A DNA stretch of 64,000 bases, from positions 49,290,001 through 49,354,000 of the forward strand of contig OZ024740.1 of assembly GCA_964016885.1 (NCBI GenBank), in the 5' to 3' direction. Under the pieces are notes generated by a model. That model was not told the origin of the DNA and did not search any database. It saw only the letters and a list, made by a program, of their open reading frames with translations. A program made the position numbers and the translations under genes. The stretch is from Eledone cirrhosa (Eukaryota). Of the stretch, positions 22,539-37,481 are shown one piece after another (positions within the stretch are counted from its first letter, which is position 1; each line of letters begins with the position of its first letter).

Positions 22539-25500
22539 GTTTGTTTTTGCTATTTCATTTCATTGGGAAAATCGTGAAATCATCTTCCAAATTACCCACA
22601 GTCCAGTATTCCTGTCTCTGTTTTAAAATAACAACTTTTTAAATTGACTAAATTCTGAAAGAAGTCTGTATCAATGAAATATTGTAGAATCTGTAAATTG
22701 GGGATGCTTTCATGATTTACTCCATAGAGTGAGAAAAGCATAATACAATTCTCCTGAAAAAGATTTGAATTCTCGATCTACAGACAAAAAGTATTTGTCA
22801 TTTACGATCTCATATCAAGTCTGAGGACTAAACTATACGACGTGTGTGTTGTAAAGTATGTGATTATTGAATCAAAAACAAGACAAAGTATTGCAGCATC
22901 ATTTTTGGTAGAGCGGAGGACTGTAATAGTATTTATCTGTTATCCATAGATCGATGGCTCGAATCCGTCTCGCGAGAGTTGTAAATCATAAAAAAACCTC
23001 TTCACACGACTAACTACACATTTAAATGAATCTGATTATTGAATCATTAATGACGTTATAAACAATACATTGGTTTTGTAGCATTATTTGTAAGGGTATA
23101 TTAAGGAACCCGGGAAAGTTCAATTGGTTGACTCGACCACTGTAGTAGTGTTGATGTTGACATTAGGTTGATGGTTTAAATCTCGCGAGATTGTGATTTT
23201 GTGTTATATTTTAATCATTATGCTATATAAATCATGAAATCATCTTCCAAACAACAAACACGCCAGTGTTTCTGTTTGTGTTTTTAAAGTACTCATCTCT
23301 TTTGCCAGCTACTGTCAACATTTTGTTCCTGTAAATGTCACTCAACACAATTGTATATTCCAGACTACGTTAACTTTTACACATGCCTCTACCTAACAAA
23401 TCTATTCTTTCAGTAAATGTGGAATACATGACATCTTTGTAAATATATTCAGATATTAGTAACAATCATCAACTCAATGAAACGCCGACTCATTCCAGAA
23501 TCTTTCTCAGCAAGACAAAAGATGTTTTACTTAATATTGTAACAACCCCAAACCTTTAACCTCTAATCTTTGTTATCCCTACATTTATCCTTCTTAATAT
23601 GAGTGAAGTTGATATACTTCCATAGATGTATTCAATGTATCTCAGGATATACAAGATTGTAAGATATTCTCGCTATAAGATATTCCCCTTCTCTTTCGGT
23701 TGATTAAATATTGTAAAATGTAATGTCTTTGAAATGAAGTCGACTTCCTTAATGTGATAATAGGATAGGTGAATTGTATTTGTTATAAACAAACCATTCC
23801 AAGAATTCAGAAGTCTTCAATAAAATGTTGGTTTCTAATGGAATGGTATAGTCTGTTTTGAGGTAATACCACTGTGAAGAATGTATATTGAATAACTGAA
23901 TAAATCATTTGACGTCATAAAGAAATATTTGGTATTGTGATATTTATTATATTTAGCGCAAAGACATTCTAATGTAGTTGACTTATTAATTTAAAACTTT
24001 ACTTTAACACACCGTCAGAACTGATAGTGTATATGGTGGTACCATCAATTGCAGTTAAATAGGATGAAATTTCCTCTTCAAAACACGCTGCCGTCTCCTA
24101 ACAAATATGAATGTACTACTATTTAAATCATTGAAACATCGCAATAGTTCTCTGTATAGACATGAAACATCAACTGATCTAAATTGTGCCACCGATTCAA
24201 AAACACACAATTTTTTGAACAGTTTGATCGCACAATATTATCTCGAAATTTGCGACGTCAGCATTGGTTTAAATCTAATATTCTGAATCATTAAATTAAT
24301 GTAGTTGATTCAGTTCAAAAGAATTTAATATTTGAAATATTTTACCAAACGAAAGAATATTGTAATACCGTTGACTCTCGTTAATCTTGAAACATCACTA
24401 TATTTAACTGTATAGAAATATAATATCTACTGATATATAGTAGTAAATACAAATGAAGCCGTTGACTCGTTAAAATTGAAAATTTATTTTAACATATAAT
24501 TAATCTGGATTAATAATGTATATAGAAATGTGTCATCAATTGAAGTAAATACGAGGACATTTTGTGCTTAAAACATCCTACCGTCTCCTAACAAACCTGA
24601 ATCTATTGCTATATAAATCTTTGAATACAATGTACAAACTGATTCAATGATGGCAGTTATGTCAACTGTAGTTACAGGTGTGACATTATACTGAGACTAA
24701 TAACTCAGGCATGTAAATATATATCAGATAAGAAATATCTTACAACATGGAATATTCTGAGATTCACTGAATACATTTATGGAAGCATAGTTATATATTT
24801 AGCAGGATAAATATAAGAAAAGTACATTGAAATCTGTATGTTTGGATTATAATGTGACAGTGGCATATTTTGCTGAACTTATTACATCGAAACCACTTGA
24901 AACATTCAGATATTAGTTTCTGAACGTATTTTTCAGTTCATTGTAGAAATCATTTGTCAGTTTTGAGCTAATATTATGTTGTAAGTCCAAACTACACGAT
25001 ATATTTGTCATTGGAAAGAATGTGATTATTGAATCATTAAATCAATCACTTTAGGTCATAAAGAAAACATTGATATTGAAGCATTACTTGTGGCGAGATT
25101 TTAAGATACTCTCGATAGCACAACCGGTAGAATCCTTAGATCGACGGTTCGAAGACTTCTCGCGAGACTTGTGGTTCTGTATTTTGTGTTTAATCATGAT
25201 GGAAAAAAATATATTGAAAAAAGCCCTGATATAGAAATTTATCAGACTGTACAACACAAGTTGATGTTGACAGTAGTCGTATAAATCCCGTAGTAATTAT
25301 ATTACATTGCTCGTCGTTATTCAGTTAATGTTCATACAATTGCCATAACTCCCACACCCAAATGTAGAGTTGTCTGGCGTGCTTGACACAGGAGTGGAAC
25401 GAATTCGAAAGATGACTGCATGATTTATACGTAATAAAATATCAAAAACAAAGAAAGTCTCGCGAGACGGATTCGAACTATCGCCCTAAGTACAACGACT

Positions 25501-26714
25501 AATCACTACTACAGTCCTCCGCTCTACCAACTGAGCTATCGCAAGATGCTTGTAATCAAACCAAAAATAATGCCCTTTTATGGCGTCAAATGACTGTCCT
25601 AACCATTTTATAATCACATATTTTGTAAAGATACACAAATCGTGTAGTTTCGTCGTACATTATGGTAATATGTCGAACATTACCAATACTTTGAAACAAG
25701 AAACTAACATTGGTTCAAGTCTAATGTTCTGAATCATCCCATTAACAAGGCTGACTTAGATTCAAAGAATTTTATAAGATTTGAAATATTTTATCAATCG
25801 AAAGAGTATTCTAGTACCGTTGAATCGTTAAAACTAACAATTTACTTTGCGACTTGTATAAGTCAGTCTGGAGAGATAGTGTATACAGAGGTGTCAGTAA
25901 TTGTAGTTAAAGGCTATGAAATTTCCTGTTCAAAAGATTCAACCGCTCCCCATGAAGTATGAACACGCCGTCGTTATTATATTGAAACATCAATATATTT
26001 CTTTCTATCGGAATATAATATTTACAGACGGTATATGTATATATTAATTGTATTCGAAAAGATATTTGATATAGTACAGAAATTGCTTCAAAAACTAAGT
26101 TCCTGCATTTAAATCAATCCACTCTCAGTCCATTACATGCTTCTGAGGCTTCCCCTATCGAACTGGTTCAAGAATCTGAATATCTGGGTGTTACACTGAC
26201 TCTGTGTATGATATGACCACCTGAATTGGTAAAACATGCAGTGCAATAACTTCACTAGAAAAAGATCTACAAAGTGCAAAGCTACGGTGAAACCCGTCGT
26301 ATTATATGGTCCAGAATCCTGGACTCTCAGTGTTGCTCGCTCAAGGAGAATTGATGGTTCCTGCAATTGATGTGTAACTTTGTGCATGTTTCACCTTCAT
26401 TGGAAGAATGATTCAATAAGACGAGAAGTAATTCATAAATAAATGTATGTTGAAACATGTCAGATAAACTGTACACACCTCCTCAAGCATGGCAGCTGTA
26501 CGGTAACCATTCAGAACATTATTCCTGGACCACTTTTGAAGTTCTCCGTAAAAAGTATTGGTTATTTTCAATCTTATTCCAAGCTGAACGACCAAAATTA
26601 CACGAAGCATGTGTTATTGTAAAGTATGGGATTATTGAATCTGTGGCGCAGTCTTTTGAGTTCATAAACAAGACATAGGTATTGTAGCATTATTTTTATT
26701 GGAACTGCTAGTAA

Positions 26715-26802
26715 CTCGCGATAGCTCAGTTGGTAGAGCGGAGGACTGTAGTAGTATTTACCTGTTATCCTTAGGTCGATGGTTCGAATCCGTCTCGCGA
26801 GA
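26715..26802 (+). tRNA. tRNA-Tyr-GTA: tRNA-Tyr(GTA) gene A, unit 4
   Basis: Perfect 88-nt consensus. Confidence 0.95.
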
Positions 26803-27431
26803 GTTGTATGTTTCTATTTTATTGCAGGTAAATAAAGAAAACGTTTTCCAAATTACTCGCTCTCTAGTATTCCAGTTTCTGTTTTAAAATAACAATTGTT
26901 TAAATTAACTGTTGTCACATAATTTTTACGCAATACAATTATATTTACCATCTCTCGTTCCATTGTAAAAGAGAAGTACTGTAGAAGTTTACTCGATATA
27001 GTGCATAGCTCGGTAATATAGAGTCACTCTAGGTAGAGTCACTACTTCTTCAAATTGAGAGATCACAGCTCTAATATTTCAATCATGTGATTAGAATGTC
27101 AGTGGACAGATTTTAAAGGCAAAACCAAGTGGGGGTACAGCCTGAGAACGACGCCTATTCTTTCCTATTTCTCTCTATCGGTGTTTAATATAACAGACGG
27201 TATATACTACTAATTACACTTGAAAATATATTTTATATACTACAGTAATTGATACGAAGATAAGTGAAGAAAAATATTGGTCATTTTCAATATTATATCA
27301 GGCTGGACAACCAAACTACACGAAGTGTGTTTCAAATAAAGTATGTGATTATTGAATCTGTAGCACAGTCATTTGACTCCATTAATGAGACATAGGTATT
27401 GTAACATTATTTTCAGTCGAATATCCTGTAC

Positions 27432-27519
27432 CTCGCGATAGCTCAGTTGGTAGAGCGGAGGACTGTAGTAGTATTTACCTGTTATCCTTAGGTCGATGGT
27501 TCGAATCCGTCTCGCGAGA
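27432..27519 (+). tRNA. tRNA-Tyr-GTA: tRNA-Tyr(GTA) gene B, unit 4
   Basis: Perfect 88-nt consensus. Confidence 0.95.
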
Positions 27520-30500
27520 GTTTGTTTTTGCTATTTCATTTCATTGGGAAAATCGTGAAATCATCTTCCAAATTACCCACAGTCCAGTATTCCTGTCTCC
27601 GTTTTAAAATAACAACTTTTTAAATTGACTAAATTCTGAAAGAAGTCTGTATCAATGAAATATTGTAGAATCTGTAAATTGGGGATGCTTTCATGATTTA
27701 CTCCATAGAGTGAGAAAAGCATAATACAATTCTCCTGAAAAAGATTTGAATTCTCGATCTACAGACAAAAAGTATTTGTCATTTACGATCTCATATCAAG
27801 TCTGAGGACTAAACTATACGACGTGTGTGTTGTAAAGTATGTGATTATTGAATCAAAAACAAGACAAAGTATTGCAGCATCATTTTTGGTAGAGCGGAGG
27901 ACTGTAATAGTATTTATCTGTTATCCATAGATCGATGGCTCGAATCCGTCTCGCGAGAGTTGTAAATCATAAAAAAACCTCTTCACACGACTAACTACAC
28001 ATTTAAATGAATCTGATTATTGAATCATTAATGACGTTATAAACAATACATTGGTTTTGTAGCATTATTTGTAAGGGTATATTAAGGAACCCGGGAAAGT
28101 TCAATTGGTTGACTCGACCACTGTAGTAGTGTTGATGTTGACATTAGGTTGATGGTTTAAATCTCGCGAGATTGTGATTTTGTGTTATATTTTAATCATT
28201 ATGCTATATAAATCATGAAATCATCTTCCAAACAACAAACACGCCAGTGTTTCTGTTTGTGTTTTTAAAGTACTCATCTCTTTTGCCAGCTACTGTCAAC
28301 ATTTTGTTCCTGTAAATGTCACTCAACACAATTGTATATTCCAGACTACGTTAACTTTTACACATGCCTCTACCTAACAAATCTATTCTTTCAGTAAATG
28401 TGGAATACATGACATCTTTGTAAATATATTCAGATATTAGTAACAATCATCAACTCAATGAAACGCCGACTCATTCCAGAATCTTTCTCAGCAAGACAAA
28501 AGATGTTTTACTTAATATTGTAACAACCCCAAACCTTTAACCTCTAATCTTTGTTATCCCTACATTTATCCTTCTTAATATGAGTGAGGTTGATATACTT
28601 CCATAGATGTATTCAATGAATCTCAGGATATACAAGATTGTAAGATATTCTCGCTATAAGATATTCCCCTTCTCTTTCGGTTGATTAAATATTGTAAAAT
28701 GTAATGTCTTTGAAATGAAGTCGACTTCCTTAATGTGATAATAGGATAGGTGAATTGTATTTGTTATAAACAAACCATTCCAAGAATTCAGAAGTCTTCA
28801 ATAAAATGTTGGTTTCTAATGGAATGGTATAGTCTGTTTTGAGGTAATACCACTGTGAAGAATGTATATTGAATAACTGAATAAATCATTTGACGTCATA
28901 AAGAAATATTTGGTATTGTGATATTTATTATATTTAGCGCAAAGACATTCTAATGTAGTTGACTTATTAATTTAAAACTTTACTTTAACACACCGTCAGA
29001 ACTGATAGTGTATATGGTGGTACCATCAATTGCAGTTAAATAGGATGAAATTTCCTCTTCAAAACACGCTGCCGTCTCCTAACAAATATGAATGTACTAC
29101 TATTTAAATCATTGAAACATCGCAATAGTTCTCTGTATAGACATGAAACATCAACTGATCTAAATTGTGCCACCGATTCAAAAACACACAATTTTTTGAA
29201 CAGTTTGATCGCACAATATTATCTCGAAATTTGCGACGTCAGCATTGGTTTAAATCTAATATTCTGAATCATTAAATTAATGTAGTTGATTCAGTTCAAA
29301 AGAATTTAATATTTGAAATATTTTACCAAACGAAAGAATATTGTAATACCGTTGACTCTCGTTAATCTTGAAACATCACTATATTTAACTGTATAGAAAT
29401 ATAATATCTACTGATATATAGTAGTAAATACAAATGAAGCCGTTGACTCGTTAAAATTGAAAATTTATTTTAACATATAATTAATCTGGATTAATAATGT
29501 ATATAGAAATGTGTCATCAATTGAAGTAAATACGAGGACATTTTGTGCTTAAAACATCCTACCGTCTCCTAACAAACCTGAATCTATTGCTATATAAATC
29601 TTTGAATACAATGTACAAACTGATTCAATGATGGCAGTTATGTCAACTGTAGTTACAGGTGTGACATTATACTGAGACTAATAACTCAGGCATGTAAATA
29701 TATATCAGATAAGAAATATCTTACAACATGGAATATTCTGAGATTCACTGAATACATTTATGGAAGCATAGTTATATATTTAGCAGGATAAATATAAGAA
29801 AAGTACATTGAAATCTGTATGTTTGGATTATAATGTGACAGTGGCATATTTTGCTGAACTTATTACATCGAAACCACTTGAAACATTCAGATATTAGTTT
29901 CTGAACGTATTTTTCAGTTCATTGTAGAAATCATTTGTCAGTTTTGAGCTAATATTATGTTGTAAGTCCAAACTACACGATATATTTGTCATTGGAAAGA
30001 ATGTGATTATTGAATCATTAAATCAATCACTTTAGGTCATAAAGAAAACATTGATATTGAAGCATTACTTGTGGCGAGATTTTAAGATACTCTCGATAGC
30101 ACAACCGGTAGAATCCTTAGATCGACGGTTCGAAGACTTCTCGCGAGACTTGTGGTTCTGTATTTTGTGTTTAATCATGATGGAAAAAAATATATTGAAA
30201 AAAGCCCTGATATAGAAATTTATCAGACTGTACAACACAAGTTGATATTGACAGTAGTCGTATAAATCCCGTAGTAATTATATTACATTGCTCGTCGTTA
30301 TTCAGTTAATGTTCATACAATTGCCATAACTCCCACACCCAAATGTAGAGTTGTCTGGCGTGCTTGACACAGGAGTGGAACGAATTCGAAAGATGACTGC
30401 ATGATTTATACGTAATAAAATATCAAAAACAAAGAAAGTCTCGCGAGACGGATTCGAACTATCGCCCTAAGTACAACGACTAATCACTACTACAGTCCTC

Positions 30501-31695
30501 CGCTCTACCAACTGAGCTATCGCAAGATGCTTGTAATCAAACCAAAAATAATGCCCTTTTATGGCGTCAAATGACTGTCCTAACCATTTTATAATCACAT
30601 ATTTTGTAAAGATACACAAATCGTGTAGTTTCGTCGTACATTATGGTAATATGTCGAACATTACCAATACTTTGAAACAAGAAACTAACATTGGTTCAAG
30701 TCTAATGTTCTGAATCATCCCATTAACAAGGCTGACTTAGATTCAAAGAATTTTATAAGATTTGAAATATTTTATCAATCGAAAGAGTATTCTAGTACCG
30801 TTGAATCGTTAAAACTGACAATTTACTTTGCGACTTGTATAAGTCAGTCTGGAGAGATAGTGTATACAGAGGTGTCAGTAATTGTAGTTAAAGGCTATGA
30901 AATTTCCTGTTCAAAAGATTCAACCGCTCCCCATGAAGTATGAACACGCCGTCGTTATTATATTGAAACATCAATATATTTCTTTCTATCGGAATATAAT
31001 ATTTACAGACGGTATATGTATATATTAATTGTATTCGAAAAGATATTTGATATAGTACAGAAATTGCTTCAAAAACTAAGTTCCTGCATTTAAATCAATC
31101 CACTCTCAGTCCATTACATGCTTCTGAGGCTTCCCCTATCGAACTGGTTCAAGAATCTGAATATCTGGGTGTTACACTGACTCTGTGTATGATATGACCA
31201 CCTGAATTGGTAAAACATGCAGTGCAATAACTTCACTAGAAAAAGATCTACAAAGTGCAAAGCTACGGTGAAACCCGTCGTATTATATGGTCCAGAATCC
31301 TGGACTCTCAGTGTTGCTCGCTCAAGGAGAATTGATGGTTCCTGCAATTGATGTGTAACTTTGTGCATGTTTCACCTTCATTGGAAGAATGATTCAATAA
31401 GACGAGAAGTAATTCATAAATAAATGTATGTTGAAACATGTCAGATAAACTGTACACACCTCCTCAAGCATGGCAGCTGTACGGTAACCATTCAGAACAT
31501 TATTCCTGGACCACTTTTGAAGTTCTCCGTAAAAAGTATTGGTTATTTTCAATCTTATTCCAAGCTGAACGACCAAAATTACACGAAGCATGTGTTATTG
31601 TAAAGTATGGGATTATTGAATCTGTGGCGCAGTCTTTTGAGTTCATAAACAAGACATAGGTATTGTAGCATTATTTTTAGGGGAACTGCTAGTAA

Positions 31696-31783
31696 CTCGC
31701 GATAGCTCAGTTGGTAGAGCGGAGGACTGTAGTAGTATTTACCTGTTATCCTTAGGTCGATGGTTCGAATCCGTCTCGCGAGA
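31696..31783 (+). tRNA. tRNA-Tyr-GTA: tRNA-Tyr(GTA) gene A, unit 5
   Basis: Perfect 88-nt consensus. Confidence 0.95.
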
Positions 31784-32412
31784 GTTGTATGTTTCTATTT
31801 TATTGCAGGTAAATAAAGAAAACGTTTTCCAAATTACTCGCTCTCTAGTATTCCAGTTTCTGTTTTAAAATAACAATTGTTTAAATTAACTGTTGTCACA
31901 TAATTTTTACGCAATACAATTATATTTACCATCTCTCGTTCCATTGTAAAAGAGAAGTACTGTAGAAGTTTACTCGATATAGTGCATAGCTCGGTAATAT
32001 AGAGTCACTCTAGGTAGAGTCACTACTTCTTCAAATTGAGAGATCACAGCTCTAATATTTCAATCATGTGATTAGAATGTCAGTGGACAGATTTTAAAGG
32101 CAAAACCAAGTGGGGGTACAGCCTGAGAACGACGCCTATTCTTTCCTATTTCTCTCTATCGGTGTTTAATATAACAGACGGTATATACTACTAATTACAC
32201 TTGAAAATATATTTTATATACTACAGTAATTGATACGAAGATAAGTGAAGAAAAATATTGGTCATTTTCAATATTATATCAGGCTGGACAACCAAACTAC
32301 ACGAAGTGTGTTTCAAATAAAGTATGTGATTATTGAATCTGTAGCACAGTCATTTGACTCCATTAATGAGACATAGGTATTGTAACATTATTTTCAGTCG
32401 AATATCCTGTAC

Positions 32413-32500
32413 CTCGCGATAGCTCAGTTGGTAGAGCGGAGGACTGTAGTAGTATTTACCTGTTATCCTTAGGTCGATGGTTCGAATCCGTCTCGCGAGA
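32413..32500 (+). tRNA. tRNA-Tyr-GTA: tRNA-Tyr(GTA) gene B, unit 5
   Basis: Perfect 88-nt consensus. Confidence 0.95.
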
Positions 32501-35500
32501 GTTTGTTTTTGCTATTTCATTTCATTGGGAAAATCGTGAAATCATCTTCCAAATTACCCACAGTCCAGTATTCCTGTCTCCGTTTTAAAATAACAACTTT
32601 TTAAATTGACTAAATTCTGAAAGAAGTCTGTATCAATGAAATATTGTAGAATCTGTAAATTGGGGATGCTTTCATGATTTACTCCATAGAGTGAGAAAAG
32701 CATAATACAATTCTCCTGAAAAAGATTTGAATTCTCGATCTACAGACAAAAAGTATTTGTCATTTACGATCTCATATCAAGTCTGAGGACTAAACTATAC
32801 GACGTGTGTGTTGTAAAGTATGTGATTATTGAATCAAAAACAAGACAAAGTATTGCAGCATCATTTTTGGTAGAGCGGAGGACTGTAATAGTATTTATCT
32901 GTTATCCATAGATCGATGGCTCGAATCCGTCTCGCGAGAGTTGTAAATCATAAAAAAACCTCTTCACACGACTAACTACACATTTAAATGAATCTGATTA
33001 TTGAATCATTAATGACGTTATAAACAATACATTGGTTTTGTAGCATTATTTGTAAGGGTATATTAAGGAACCCGGGAAAGTTCAATTGGTTGACTCGACC
33101 ACTGTAGTAGTGTTGATGTTGACATTAGGTTGATGGTTTAAATCTCGCGAGATTGTGATTTTGTGTTATATTTTAATCATTATGCTATATAAATCATGAA
33201 ATCATCTTCCAAACAACAAACACGCCAGTGTTTCTGTTTGTGTTTTTAAAGTACTCATCTCTTTTGCCAGCTACTGTCAACATTTTGTTCCTGTAAATGT
33301 CACTCAACACAATTGTATATTCCAGACTACGTTAACTTTTACACATGCCTCTACCTAACAAATCTATTCTTTCAGTAAATGTGGAATACATGACATCTTT
33401 GTAAATATATTCAGATATTAGTAACAATCATCAACTCAATGAAACGCCGACTCATTCCAGAATCTTTCTCAGCAAGACAAAAGATGTTTTACTTAATATT
33501 GTAACAACCCCAAACCTTTAACCTCTAATCTTTGTTATCCCTACATTTATCCTTCTTAATATGAGTGAGGTTGATATACTTCCATAGATGTATTCAATGA
33601 ATCTCAGGATATACAAGATTGTAAGATATTCTCGCTATAAGATATTCCCCTTCTCTTTCGGTTGATTAAATATTGTAAAATGTAATGTCTTTGAAATGAA
33701 GTCGACTTCCTTAATGTGATAATAGGATAGGTGAATTGTATTTGTTATAAACAAACCATTCCAAGAATTCAGAAGTCTTCAATAAAATGTTGGTTTCTAA
33801 TGGAATGGTATAGTCTGTTTTGAGGTAATACCACTGTGAAGAATGTATATTGAATAACTGAATAAATCATTTGACGTCATAAAGAAATATTTGGTATTGT
33901 GATATTTATTATATTTAGCGCAAAGACATTCTAATGTAGTTGACTTATTAATTTAAAACTTTACTTTAACACACCGTCAGAACTGATAGTGTATATGGTG
34001 GTACCATCAATTGCAGTTAAATAGGATGAAATTTCCTCTTCAAAACACGCTGCCGTCTCCTAACAAATATGAATGTACTACTATTTAAATCATTGAAACA
34101 TCGCAATAGTTCTCTGTATAGACATGAAACATCAACTGATCTAAATTGTGCCACCGATTCAAAAACACACAATTTTTTGAACAGTTTGATCGCACAATAT
34201 TATCTCGAAATTTGCGACGTCAGCATTGGTTTAAATCTAATATTCTGAATCATTAAATTAATGTAGTTGATTCAGTTCAAAAGAATTTAATATTTGAAAT
34301 ATTTTACCAAACGAAAGAATATTGTAATACCGTTGACTCTCGTTAATCTTGAAACATCACTATATTTAACTGTATAGAAATATAATATCTACTGATATAT
34401 AGTAGTAAATACAAATGAAGCCGTTGACTCGTTAAAATTGAAAATTTATTTTAACATATAATTAATCTGGATTAATAATGTATATAGAAATGTGTCATCA
34501 ATTGAAGTAAATACGAGGACATTTTGTGCTTAAAACATCCTACCGTCTCCTAACAAACCTGAATCTATTGCTATATAAATCTTTGAATACAATGTACAAA
34601 CTGATTCAATGATGGCAGTTATGTCAACTGTAGTTACAGGTGTGACATTATACTGAGACTAATAACTCAGGCATGTAAATATATATCAGATAAGAAATAT
34701 CTTACAACATGGAATATTCTGAGATTCACTGAATACATTTATGGAAGCATAGTTATATATTTAGCAGGATAAATATAAGAAAAGTACATTGAAATCTGTA
34801 TGTTTGGATTATAATGTGACAGTGGCATATTTTGCTGAACTTATTACATCGAAACCACTTGAAACATTCAGATATTAGTTTCTGAACGTATTTTTCAGTT
34901 CATTGTAGAAATCATTTGTCAGTTTTGAGCTAATATTATGTTGTAAGTCCAAACTACACGATATATTTGTCATTGGAAAGAATGTGATTATTGAATCATT
35001 AAATCAATCACTTTAGGTCATAAAGAAAACATTGATATTGAAGCATTACTTGTGGCGAGATTTTAAGATACTCTCGATAGCACAACCGGTAGAATCCTTA
35101 GATCGACGGTTCGAAGACTTCTCGCGAGACTTGTGGTTCTGTATTTTGTGTTTAATCATGATGGAAAAAAATATATTGAAAAAAGCCCTGATATAGAAAT
35201 TTATCAGACTGTACAACACAAGTTGATGTTGACAGTAGTCGTATAAATCCCGTAGTAATTATATTACATTGCTCGTCGTTATTCAGTTAATGTTCATACA
35301 ATTGCCATAACTCCCACACCCAAATGTAGAGTTGTCTGGCGTGCTTGACACAGGAGTGGAACGAATTCGAAAGATGACTGCATGATTTATACGTAATAAA
35401 ATATCAAAAACAAAGAAAGTCTCGCGAGACGGATTCGAACTATCGCCCTAAGTACAACGACTAATCACTACTACAGTCCTCCGCTCTACCAACTGAGCTA

Positions 35501-36676
35501 TCGCAAGATGCTTGTAATCAAACCAAAAATAATGCCCTTTTATGGCGTCAAATGACTGTCCTAACCATTTTATAATCACATATTTTGTAAAGATACACAA
35601 ATCGTGTAGTTTCGTCGTACATTATGGTAATATGTCGAACATTACCAATACTTTGAAACAAGAAACTAACATTGGTTCAAGTCTAATGTTCTGAATCATC
35701 CCATTAACAAGGCTGACTTAGATTCAAAGAATTTTATAAGATTTGAAATATTTTATCAATCGAAAGAGTATTCTAGTACCGTTGAATCGTTAAAACTGAC
35801 AATTTACTTTGCGACTTGTATAAGTCAGTCTGGAGAGATAGTGTATACAGAGGTGTCAGTAATTGTAGTTAAAGGCTATGAAATTTCCTGTTCAAAAGAT
35901 TCAACCGCTCCCCATGAAGTATGAACACGCCGTCGTTATTATATTGAAACATCAATATATTTCTTTCTATCGGAATATAATATTTACAGACGGTATATGT
36001 ATATATTAATTGTATTCGAAAAGATATTTGATATAGTACAGAAATTGCTTCAAAAACTAAGTTCCTGCATTTAAATCAATCCACTCTCAGTCCATTACAT
36101 GCTTCTGAGGCTTCCCCTATCGAACTGGTTCAAGAATCTGAATATCTGGGTGTTACACTGACTCTGTGTATGATATGACCACCTGAATTGGTAAAACATG
36201 CAGTGCAATAACTTCACTAGAAAAAGATCTACAAAGTGCAAAGCTACGGTGAAACCCATCGTATTATATGGTCCAGAATCCTGGACTCTCAGTGTTGCTC
36301 GCTCAAGGAGAATTGATGGTTCCTGCAATTGATGTGTAACTTTGTGCATGTTTCACCTTCATTGGAAGAATGATTCAATAAGACGAGAAGTAATTCATAA
36401 ATAAATGTATGTTGAAACATGTCAGATAAACTGTACACACCTCCTCAAGCATGGCAGCTGTACGGTAACCATTCAGAACATTATTCCTGGACCACTTTTG
36501 AAGTTCTCCGTAAAAAGTATTGGTTATTTTCAATCTTATTCCAAGCTGAACGACCAAAATTACACGAAGCATGTGTTATTGTAAAGTATGGGATTATTGA
36601 ATCTGTGGCGCAGTCTTTTGAGTTCATAAACAAGACATAGGTATTGTAGCATTATTTTTAGGGGAACTGCTAGTAA

Positions 36677-36764
36677 CTCGCGATAGCTCAGTTGGTAGAG
36701 CGGAGGACTGTAGTAGTATTTACCTGTTATCCTTAGGTCGATGGTTCGAATCCGTCTCGCGAGA
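36677..36764 (+). tRNA. tRNA-Tyr-GTA: tRNA-Tyr(GTA) gene A, unit 6
   Basis: Perfect 88-nt consensus. Confidence 0.95.
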
Positions 36765-37393
36765 GTTGTATGTTTCTATTTTATTGCAGGTAAATAAAGA
36801 AAACGTTTTCCAAATTACTCGCTCTCTAGTATTCCAGTTTCTGTTTTAAAATAACAATTGTTTAAATTAACTGTTGTCACATAATTTTTACGCAATACAA
36901 TTATATTTACCATCTCTCGTTCCATTGTAAAAGAGAAGTACTGTAGAAGTTTACTCGATATAGTGCATAGCTCGGTAATATAGAGTCACTCTAGGTAGAG
37001 TCACTACTTCTTCAAATTGAGAGATCACAGCTCTAATATTTCAATCATGTGATTAGAATGTCAGTGGACAGATTTTAAAGGCAAAACCAAGTGGGGGTAC
37101 AGCCTGAGAACGACGCCTATTCTTTCCTATTTCTCTCTATCGGTGTTTAATATAACAGACGGTATATACTACTAATTACACTTGAAAATATATTTTATAT
37201 ACTACAGTAATTGATACGAAGATAAGTGAAGAAAAATATTGGTCATTTTCAATATTATATCAGGCTGGACAACCAAACTACACGAAGTGTGTTTCAAATA
37301 AAGTATGTGATTATTGAATCTGTAGCACAGTCATTTGACTCCATTAATGAGACATAGGTATTGTAACATTATTTTCAGTCGCATATCCTGTAC

Positions 37394-37481
37394 CTCGCGA
37401 TAGCTCAGTTGGTAGAGCGGAGGACTGTAGTAGTATTTACCTGTTATCCTTAGGTCGATGGTTCGAATCCGTCTCGCGAGA
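37394..37481 (+). tRNA. tRNA-Tyr-GTA: tRNA-Tyr(GTA) gene B, unit 6
   Basis: Perfect 88-nt consensus. Confidence 0.95.
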